Below, in pieces: positions 32,778-40,859 of a stretch of DNA of 64,000 bases; position 1 is the first letter of the stretch, and each line of letters opens with the position of its first letter. The position numbers were made by a program, and so were the translations under genes. The DNA is from a bacterium (GTDB taxonomy: Bacteria; Electryoneota; Electryoneia; Electryoneales; Electryoneaceae). The notes beneath the pieces were generated by a model. It was not told the origin of the DNA. It saw only the letters and a list, made by a program, of their open reading frames with translations, and did not search any database. Location: the NCBI GenBank assembly GCA_963669175.1, contig OY769902.1:4448001-4512000 (forward strand), written 5' to 3'.

Positions 32778-34544
32778 ATGAATCCGCGAAACATTCTCCT
32801 GATATTTGCAGGAATTCTGGTCCTATCACTGCTGACAGCATGTGAAGAGTGGAATCCGGCCGATTCCAACGACGAATCAAGCTCCGGAACCGGTGATGTG
32901 ACGGGGAGTGATATCACCGTTGACGATGTCCTGGCACAGAATTGTGCTGATCACGATGATGCGGGCGACTATACCTGGAACAGCAGTAATGCTGTCGAAA
33001 TTGAATTCACCGGTGAAGCGGTAAATGTCATCGGCAGCGGGGTTGCGGTAAACAGCAGTGTCGTTACCATCACATCAGCGGGGACATATGTTCTGACCGG
33101 TTCGTTCACGAATGGCCAGGTCATTGTGGACACTGAAGATGAAGCGAATGTTTACCTTGTTCTTTCAGGCGTTTCCATTACCTGCACGTCAAGCGCGCCC
33201 TTGTATATCAAGAACACCGAAAAAACGATCATCGTCCTTGATGAGAATACTGAGAACACGTTGATCGATGGCAGCTCCTACGATTTTGAGGATCCGGAAG
33301 ACCCGGAACCGAATGCCACGATTTACAGCAAAGACGATCTGACGATTTACGGCGCTGGCTCATTGGCTGTTACGGGTAATTACCAGGATGGTATAACCAG
33401 TAAGGATGGCTTGATCATAGCCGGTGGTTCCATCAGTATCACTGCGGTCGATGATGGCATACGTGGTAAGGATTATCTGGTAGTTAAGGATGGAACGGTT
33501 TCGGTTACCTCATCAGGTGACGGGATGAAATCGGATAACGAAGATGATGAGACAAAAGGTTATGTCTATATCTGCGGCGGCGATCTGGATATCGTATCCG
33601 GTGGCGACGGGATCAACGCTACAACCGACCTGCTCGTGGACGGTGGAACGATCACAGTTAAATCCGGCGGGGGCAGCAATGTCCAACCGGGGTCCGTCTC
33701 TACAAAAGGCTTGAAAGCAGGGATACAACTGGTCATTGATGCCGGCGCCCTGTCTGTGAATGCTTCTGATGACGCCCTCCATTCCAACGGCACCTTTTCC
33801 CTCAATGGTGGCTCACATAACCTCGCGTCCAATGATGATGGTATCCATTCGGACGCCGCATTGGGGATCAATGGCGGTACGCTTACGATTACCAAATCCT
33901 ATGAGGGGATTGAAAGCAATTCTGTCGTCGTGATCAATGGGGGAACGATCCATCTCGTTTCCAGTGATGATGGCATCAACGTCGCCTCAGGCAACGGTGG
34001 AGATGATTTTGGCGGCCCGGGTGGCGGTGGTGAAAGTGGAAACTTCTTCCTCTACATCAATGGCGGCTATATCGTTGTAAATGCGGCTGGTGACGGTATC
34101 GATTGCAACGGTTCTATCGTTATGACGGATGGCACGGTTATTGTTAATGGGCCCGTGTCGAACAACAATGCCGCCCTGGATCATTCCACCTTCAAGATTA
34201 CCGGTGGCAGCATCGTTGCAGTCGGCAGTTCCGGCATGGCCCAGGCCCCCAGCACCTCCTCAACCCAGTATTCTGTCATGCTGAATTCCAGGGGCACACT
34301 TCGCGCGGGAGTTATGTTCCACATTCAGACTTCCGACGGGGATGGCGTGCTGAGCTTTGAACCCGCAAAGAACTATCAATCTGTCGTCTTCTCCTCCGCA
34401 GCCTTGCAAAAAGGGACAACCTATGACGTTTACTATAGCGGAACCTCAACAGGCGCCGGCAACGATGGCTTGTACACAGGCGGCAGCTATACACCCGGAA
34501 CCCAAATCGGATCGTTTACCATCTCCTCGATTGTGACGAGGTAG
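32778..34544 (+). CDS. Carbohydrate-binding beta-helix lipoprotein (Cthe_2159/DUF4353-like)
   Basis: Lipobox LTAC, ITSAGTYVLTG and repeated DDGI/GDGI motifs. Confidence 0.85.
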   Translation: MNPRNILLIFAGILVLSLLTACEEWNPADSNDESSSGTGDVTGSDITVDDVLAQNCADHDDAGDYTWNSSNAVEIEFTGEAVNVIGSGVAVNSSVVTITSAGTYVLTGSFTNGQVIVDTEDEANVYLVLSGVSITCTSSAPLYIKNTEKTIIVLDENTENTLIDGSSYDFEDPEDPEPNATIYSKDDLTIYGAGSLAVTGNYQDGITSKDGLIIAGGSISITAVDDGIRGKDYLVVKDGTVSVTSSGDGMKSDNEDDETKGYVYICGGDLDIVSGGDGINATTDLLVDGGTITVKSGGGSNVQPGSVSTKGLKAGIQLVIDAGALSVNASDDALHSNGTFSLNGGSHNLASNDDGIHSDAALGINGGTLTITKSYEGIESNSVVVINGGTIHLVSSDDGINVASGNGGDDFGGPGGGGESGNFFLYINGGYIVVNAAGDGIDCNGSIVMTDGTVIVNGPVSNNNAALDHSTFKITGGSIVAVGSSGMAQAPSTSSTQYSVMLNSRGTLRAGVMFHIQTSDGDGVLSFEPAKNYQSVVFSSAALQKGTTYDVYYSGTSTGAGNDGLYTGGSYTPGTQIGSFTISSIVTR

Positions 34545-34716
34545 AATCTGCCAATACGATGCGATTTGATGGTGTACTCCTGACTATAGTCGTCCCTGAA
34601 AGTCTTTACCATTTCAGGTTGGCGGTAGCTTCTTTCTGGCACTGAATATCTATCTTGTATTGGGTCTGCTTCTCCCTGATTGCACTCTTTCAAAAAAATA
34701 CATATTTACTAGCGTC

Positions 34717-35324
34717 AGCAGGCTTTAGCCTGCTCCTCTTAGACCCCGGCTTTAGCCCTGTCTCTTTCCCACATCTTCTGAAAGCTGTATCAGTAAAAGA
34801 GTTGTGGACATAGCATTTTTAGAATCCCGGCGGGATTCCCTATTTTAGCATAGTGTACAGGCCGTCTGTTTGGCCTGTACACTATGTCAGGTATTCTAAC
34901 GAATAATCAACCCTGGAAGGGTTGCATAATATGCGATTCATATTAGTACGTTCAATAAATACAGGGAATAACGCATTTTATATTCTATACAAACCAATTG
35001 GGTGTAAATTATACGTTATACAACCCTTCCAGGGTTGAGATAAGGTTTGATCTTTTTCGTAGGGTAGACGCTAAACAGACAGCGTCAACCCTACGCTAAA
35101 ATATACCACCCCCTCTGGGGTGGCAGAAACACGAAGATGTGAGCAAGAGACAGGGCTTTAGCCGGGGGAACAAGGAAAACAACCGTTCGAGCGCCCTTCA
35201 GGGTGCTTTCCTGATACGTATTGATTCGATGACGTTCAAGCACGCTAAAGCGCGCTCATAGCTTTTGTTATATCCATCCACCCGGCTAAAGCCGGGTGCT
35301 AAGGGGAGCCTGCTGAAGCAGGCT
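34717..35324. repeat. REP-like six-hairpin host element A (~200 bp) containing MITE copy A
   Basis: Hairpins centred on cttTag, ctaaag, cttcag and ctgaag, arranged symmetrically. Confidence 0.85.
34758..35153. mobile_element. 396-bp MITE with Tn5/IS50-like ends, copy A
   Basis: Ends ctgtctctttcccacatct / agatgtgagcaagagacag; flanking duplication ggctttagcc. Confidence 0.9.
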
Positions 35325-35445
35325 AAATACTTACGAATCAGCAAAAATACTCGGGAACCCCTATACTTTTGAAATCCTATTTACATTGGATTTCATTACA
35401 ACACGAACAGAAACGATCCTTATTCCTACGCTGATCAAGCAAGAA

Positions 35446-36012
35446 CTAAAGATTTTCATATCTTTTAGGAAATATCCACAGTAGAACGTAGTTACGGAAG
35501 AAATTAAATATTGCCCAATACATCACTAATGCTGCTTTGATAAAGTAGAAGATTATTGTAACGGCGGCCAACACCGGCGCTGCAGCGAGACCGGAAGCGA
35601 TCCCTGGAACATAGTGTTCTTCTGACCTCAAAAAACTATGGCTGGAATCATAAACATCGTACTTGACAGTTCCACCCTTAAAAGAATCCCTGATAAGCAT
35701 GGCGAAAAAGTTTGGTTCATCTTCATTGGCCTGCTTCTTCGCACGTGCGACAAGTACTTTGATGGGTACACGGCTGGCAAAGTAGTAGAGGATTGCCCCA
35801 CCAGCAGTCAAAATGATTATTTCCCAGATCTTCCACGTTGATAAAAACAGTGTCAGTGTGCTTTCATTATTTCCTGCAAGATGCAGTTTAGCGATATAAT
35901 ACCAAATTTCTATCGCACCGACAAAAAATGGCGCTATAACCAGGAACCAACTTCCACTAAATACACGTTTGTTTCCATTATCTTTAGATTGCTTCTGTTC
36001 TTCCTTTGCCAT
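35446..36012 (-). CDS. Hypothetical membrane protein
   Basis: 188 aa with three hydrophobic segments; GGAGGAG RBS upstream. Confidence 0.75.
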   Translation of the reverse strand: MAKEEQKQSKDNGNKRVFSGSWFLVIAPFFVGAIEIWYYIAKLHLAGNNESTLTLFLSTWKIWEIIILTAGGAILYYFASRVPIKVLVARAKKQANEDEPNFFAMLIRDSFKGGTVKYDVYDSSHSFLRSEEHYVPGIASGLAAAPVLAAVTIIFYFIKAALVMYWAIFNFFRNYVLLWIFPKRYENL

Positions 36013-36731
36013 CTTTCACTCTCCTCCCCATGAAAAGAATGGAACTGCTCCCCCAGGTTACATGTAGCTGAGAAGCACGTCCCAAAGCTTTGTGACAATT
36101 GAGTTCTCCCATTGGACACATTGAAAGTTAGGCCACTTCCCAACATGTGTCAACCGATTCAATCACGAAAATATCTTGTCTTTTTATCTTTTGAAGTCTG
36201 TTTGATCCTACATGAGGATTTCTGCTTGTCAAAGGCGAATTGGTTGCAAGACGATTTCATCCAGTTATTGAGGGTCACAGAAAATGGAATCAACCAACAA
36301 ACAGTCGCCACGTGATCAGTTCGAAGGGAATGCGGCGAATAGTCCCCATATTCACCTCACTTTATGCGGTGATCAACCTTACGATTCATGAGCACCTCTA
36401 CATATGCCAAGCTGTCTACGTGGTCAGATGATACGGCACTCCGTGACTTCCAGGAGCTGAAGACGCAAGGAATCCTCCTGCAAAATCCAGGCGGTGGACG
36501 CAGTACAAGTTATAGACTCCCGCACAGGGAGAGTATGTAGGCATCTCACTTGTTGGTGAGTGGAAGATTGGGGACAGACGGAAGCTACTTTTGTGTATGT
36601 TATTGTTATATTGTTGATTAAAGATAGTGTACTACGGTTTATCCCTGGTTACTCTCACTAATTCTTGAGTCATGGCCTTATATCGCATTATTAAATGAGC
36701 CCTGAATTCTTCAATTCGTGTCGACATACTA

Positions 36732-36761
36732 TTGACAGGCATGTGTCATATGCCATACTAT
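36732..36761 (+). promoter_or_regulatory. Sigma70-like promoter for a small RNA
   Basis: TTGACA at 36732-36737 and CATACT/TACTAT at 36754-36761; no ORF downstream. Confidence 0.65.
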
Positions 36762-36765
36762 TAAG

Positions 36766-36838
36766 TACTCATCAGCCAGCTTCACAGTCGTAAGAGCTGA
36801 AGGAGATGGATCCGCCGTCTGAGCGGATCTTCTTTTTT
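36766..36838 (+). ncRNA. Candidate ~70-nt DUF3800-associated structured RNA
   Basis: Hairpin cagct-tcacagtcgtaag-agctg followed by terminator gatccgc/gcggatc-ttctttttt, immediately after the promoter. Confidence 0.6.
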
Positions 36839-37358
36839 ATATACGGTTGTTGTACTTCCGCTCAAAGTCCTGACGTTTGTACTCGCTGGTCACATAAAAT
36901 GATGTAACCAACCGGTATGAACCATTATCATACTTTTTCAGGATGACCACGAAATCTTCATCTCTGAACCATATATATGTTTTGATATCTCCGTCACCTT
37001 CTTCATAATCCCAAAACAGCAGCTCCGGTTCACACGAGTTCTCTATAAAAGCATGCACCCACGGCAGACGTTCACATCGTGATGGATCCGGCAGTCGCTC
37101 CTTGTCATCGTCTTGTTGCTGGTCGCGGTAGAACTTCTGTTTTCTTCTTGGTACGAATTGCTTACTTTGTTTTCTGGTTGTCAGGTGCCAGAATACCTTT
37201 TCTTTTCCATCTTCCATTTCCGGGAACGTCCACACCCCATCACCCTGAAAACGGAGATTCCGATCTCGGATAGTAGCGCAGAAAATCAAATAGAGCATAT
37301 CATAAGTGTCCTCAGTCCAGGGATTCACGTCAGCAGTGTCTGGGAGCCATTCACACAT
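36837..37358 (-). CDS. Conserved partner of DUF3800 (phage P1 RlfB-like, possible BECR-fold RNase)
   Basis: FWHLTT, PDPSRCERLPWV, FVVIL and LVTSFYV motifs; overlaps the upstream stop codon. Confidence 0.65.
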   Translation of the reverse strand: MCEWLPDTADVNPWTEDTYDMLYLIFCATIRDRNLRFQGDGVWTFPEMEDGKEKVFWHLTTRKQSKQFVPRRKQKFYRDQQQDDDKERLPDPSRCERLPWVHAFIENSCEPELLFWDYEEGDGDIKTYIWFRDEDFVVILKKYDNGSYRLVTSFYVTSEYKRQDFERKYNNRI

Positions 37359-38070
37359 GTTCAATCCCCCCGTTCCTTGGACGCCAGATGCAAACATTGA
37401 ACTTGCGTTCCGTAGGAAGAGTGTTCCTGTCGAGGGACAAGCCTGTACGATTTTTAATATGGTTAACAACAGCGAGTTTGGCCTGACTGGATGAAAGACC
37501 TCTGGCGTGGTATGAAACAGCGCCGATTAAAACATCGGCAAGCTGAAGCAGCCCTACGTCATGTGATTGAACATGCTGCATTTTCTGGATGATTGACCGT
37601 TCAAAATCATAGTTGGCGTTGCTTAGTACGTCACCTAGCTTCTGTAGTTTTTTCCTGCTCCTAGTATCCTTGATATCCAAGTAGATGTGGTACCTTCTGT
37701 CTGTGGCAATCAAATTCCTGATCAGGTAGAAGTACATCTTGTAATACCATTCATCATGAGTCTGATGCATCGCCTCGTGGTCCAGTACTGTTTTATCTGG
37801 AATGACCCAGGCACGAAATCCCATGCTACGGCTATCGAAGAAATAGTCCAGTAATTCCAGGTAGAAGTCCAACTTTCCTGTGGATACCTTTGTCCACTTA
37901 ATCTCGAAATATCGTGATAAACCATGTTTCTGTTTCAACGCTGCGATGGCCTGATTGTGCTGGTAAGTTCTGCTCTTCAGTGTCCACAATGCCCCAAGCA
38001 CCATAGCTTTCTCTTTGTCATTCGGCAGGTGACAACTTTCATCGCAATAGATGTTGATGATTCCATCCAT
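37351..38070 (-). CDS. DUF3800 family protein (RlfA-like)
   Basis: IYCDES, EIKW.K and LLQLADVLIGA motifs. Confidence 0.85.
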   Translation of the reverse strand: MDGIINIYCDESCHLPNDKEKAMVLGALWTLKSRTYQHNQAIAALKQKHGLSRYFEIKWTKVSTGKLDFYLELLDYFFDSRSMGFRAWVIPDKTVLDHEAMHQTHDEWYYKMYFYLIRNLIATDRRYHIYLDIKDTRSRKKLQKLGDVLSNANYDFERSIIQKMQHVQSHDVGLLQLADVLIGAVSYHARGLSSSQAKLAVVNHIKNRTGLSLDRNTLPTERKFNVCIWRPRNGGIEHV

Positions 38071-38079
38071 GCTGACCTC

Positions 38080-39333
38080 TTACTTTGGTTGTACGTACAA
38101 GTTTATCAGAAATACTTGGACTGTAACTTCACGGTCTGGATCGTCACTGCTCTTCATCTGGAAGCACCACTCGTGTGGTTGACCGGGATCAACAGTTCGA
38201 ATATAATTCGGGTGGCCTGTGAAGACTTCCGACATCTTCTCCTGGATCTTGGCGAAGTGTTTATTCTCTTTGTTAAAAAAGACCAGTGCGCCCTTACAGT
38301 CCCGCCAGGTTGAGTAGCTCAGTAGCTGGTCAATAGCGTCTTTGGCAGCTTGTTCACCATGCCAGATCTTACATTCACCTACGAAAGCAGAACGGTCATC
38401 GGTTTGAACATGAATATCGGTTTTTCCGGATTTCCTGAATACTTCTCCTCTGGCTTCACCCTTGTAGATACCATTGAGGTAAGCCACAACAACATCACGA
38501 AGCTCCTCTTCATCAAGCTTACAAAACGTCGATGGTGTCGTTTCAAATGAACGTCCTGAATGGCGAATGATAGAAAGAATTGTCTTGTAGTCCTCATCAC
38601 TGATCCCTGGCTCGGGCTTTATGTTCGGAGGCTGTGGTAATGGCTTGACGATAACCTGCCTGATTGGGATCGCAGTGTAGTCAGGTGACTCTGGTTTCTT
38701 CTTCAGGGGAATTGTCAGTTTCGCAAAGGTGTCTTCGATCTTCTTCTTCCTTGCCATACGTGCATCCACGAACATTGCCACTAATTGTTGCAGCTCTTTG
38801 TTGTGGGCTTCCACCTGTTCATTCGCTGTATTCGTGACATATTGAATGAAGTCAATATCCTGCCGATAAAGGTCATCTGTAAGCTGTTCACTACGATCGA
38901 GTGGAACGCTATACTTCATGCGAATTATTCCGAGCTCACTTGCAGTTGGGGCAGTAACTTCGGCCTTGGGTGGTGACCCCTGGTAAACACGGACAGCCGG
39001 AAAATAATCAAGCAACTCAGGATTCCCCGTGAAAGGAATAATTATAACCAGTTCAAGGCTGCTGATATTGAAAGCACGTGATCTATTAGGAATATGTCTC
39101 TGAGGATTACGACTGACGTCTATAACTCCTTCGGAACTTTCCCTGTATGGTTCATGTAGTTGAATAGGCTGAATGGTGAATCTGGAAACCACATGATCAA
39201 CTAGTTCTTGACGTAATGACTCGACAAACCGGTTGTCCTCCAGCCGTTCAACATAGGCTCTAATGCTCTCCTGCTGACCGGCAATGACCTGCTCGAGCCG
39301 ACCCTGGTTGAAAAGTTGTCTGACCATCATCAT
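38080..39333 (-). CDS. Hypothetical protein with C-terminal PD-(D/E)xK-like nuclease motif
   Basis: GE...GKTDI...FVGECKIW...AIDQL after a coiled-coil and Pro-rich linker. Confidence 0.65.
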   Translation of the reverse strand: MMMVRQLFNQGRLEQVIAGQQESIRAYVERLEDNRFVESLRQELVDHVVSRFTIQPIQLHEPYRESSEGVIDVSRNPQRHIPNRSRAFNISSLELVIIIPFTGNPELLDYFPAVRVYQGSPPKAEVTAPTASELGIIRMKYSVPLDRSEQLTDDLYRQDIDFIQYVTNTANEQVEAHNKELQQLVAMFVDARMARKKKIEDTFAKLTIPLKKKPESPDYTAIPIRQVIVKPLPQPPNIKPEPGISDEDYKTILSIIRHSGRSFETTPSTFCKLDEEELRDVVVAYLNGIYKGEARGEVFRKSGKTDIHVQTDDRSAFVGECKIWHGEQAAKDAIDQLLSYSTWRDCKGALVFFNKENKHFAKIQEKMSEVFTGHPNYIRTVDPGQPHEWCFQMKSSDDPDREVTVQVFLINLYVQPK

Positions 39334-39436
39334 GGTTGATCCTCTGTATATCTGTTTATAACAACAATTCTATCAATTGTATGATTCGACAGTGCTTCGT
39401 AAAAAGCAGGATATGAGCGTATCTCTTTTAAGTAAT

Positions 39437-39625
39437 TCATGCAGTTGTATCCTCACCTGCAGAATCCTCAGCAGTGTGTTCTGCGGCTTCGAATTGAATG
39501 ACAGGCAATAGTTCCTTCAGAGCATCAACGAGGGGTTGACCACTTTCACTTTTCAAGAACCTTTTTACTTTGCTGTGGTATGAGCCGGAAGCATACTCCA
39601 GTTCTTTCTCTGCCGTTGGACGCAA
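39437..39625 (-). pseudogene. 3' fragment of an unknown gene
   Basis: Coding-like 62 aa truncated upstream at an aaaactag repeat / gggacagacgg boundary. Confidence 0.35.
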
Positions 39626-39749
39626 AACTAGAAAACTAAGAAAACTAGGGACAGACGGTAGTTTCTTTCAGGTTAAGCACCTGACATGTCGCTGTTTGCA
39701 AATAATACACTACCATCTATCTTCATTTTACCAGCTTCCTTTTTCCCAC

Positions 39750-40080
39750 AACACGTTTAGCCTCATCATTCACCAGCAGATGTACTCAGCTGCTCTTCAA
39801 CAAAACGGCCATCTTTCCAAACAGCAACACCAATCCCCAATCTGCTCGCTTTTTGCCGAGCTTTTTCGCTGCTCGCTTCATGGCGATTTCCGCCGATACC
39901 ATAGCCTGATCACGCTTTCGCTGCACTTTATCGGGTTCGAGGTTCTTTTCGCTCATCGATTGCCTCCTTCTTCGATCAGTTCCGGTTCATTGCTGGAGTT
40001 ATCATAGAGCACCCAATCATCCACCAGCGGTTTGTACAGGTTAATAAAGTCACGAAATCGTGCATTACTGAAGTTACGCA
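39750..40080 (-). pseudogene. Remnant of a zeta-toxin-like ATPase C-terminus plus a frameshifted small partner gene
   Basis: ...FINLYKPLVDDWVLYDNSSNEPELIEEGGNR* overlaps (ATGA) with MSEKNL...AEIAMKRAAK, which continues in another frame as ARQKASRLGIGVAVWKDGRFVEE. Confidence 0.5.
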
Positions 40081-40325
40081 ACGCATGGAAAATGCCGGTA
40101 CAGCCACCTTTTCGCAACATGTTTTCCAGCAATCAATAACCATGCTCATAATAATAACATAGCTAATAATTCACGCTATTCACAAGCGAAAAGTGTGGCA
40201 GTCCCCATTTTCCATCAGATATTTCCTTTTTCTATAGTAATGACACCCTAGAGAATAAGATGGAAACACATAGTCGCGCCTGTGCCGCTAATCCAATAGA
40301 AACAAGGGTGCGACACTCCGATGAA

Positions 40326-40748
40326 TCATTCCTCCGCAATCTCAACCCCATTTTCCTTGGCCCATTCACGGAGTGCATTTTCCAAGCTCTGTTGTTCGAA
40401 CTTAAACCAGTTGTCGAGCTGGCCGATTGAATCAAGGAAGCCTTTGAAACGGGAGTAGGCGCCACGTCTGGAGAAGATCTCGCGGACGTGATCGTAGTGC
40501 TCATGATCGAGGTGGGTGTAGGTAAAATCCATGACGAGTCGCTTGCCGAGGTCGAGGTCGTATTTGCCTGGAATGGCGACCGTGTTTTCGTCTTCCCACA
40601 TTTCTTCAGTAATTTCTTGTTCGTCGAAATCTTCCGAATGCCAATAGATCTTGCCAGTCGATTTGTCCAGCAGTGCGCAATTGTCAATGGAACCATCAGA
40701 ACTGACGAAATAATAGGCCATCTCAAGGTCGTTGTACTTTACTTTCAT
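40326..40748 (-). CDS. UPF0158 family protein
   Basis: LDKSTGKI, RGAYSRFK and W.KFE...LREWA.ENG motifs. Confidence 0.85.
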   Translation of the reverse strand: MKVKYNDLEMAYYFVSSDGSIDNCALLDKSTGKIYWHSEDFDEQEITEEMWEDENTVAIPGKYDLDLGKRLVMDFTYTHLDHEHYDHVREIFSRRGAYSRFKGFLDSIGQLDNWFKFEQQSLENALREWAKENGVEIAEE

Positions 40749-40859
40749 GCCTTGTCCCTTGTGAGTGTTCTGTTTCCATGCGACTGCAACAACTTGTGGA
40801 CTGTTTTACCTGATCTGGCTGAAACTGAGCTGCACTTCGATCCGCGTGAATCGGACCAC

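Noticed and set aside
34717-35324. CRISPR array
   Set aside because: The repeats are non-identical palindromes in inverted arrangement without regular spacers, and no cas genes are present.
39340-39440. Integron attC site between accessory genes
   Set aside because: A GTTATAA precedes the gene on the minus strand, but I found no matching inverse core or paired L boxes, and no integrase.
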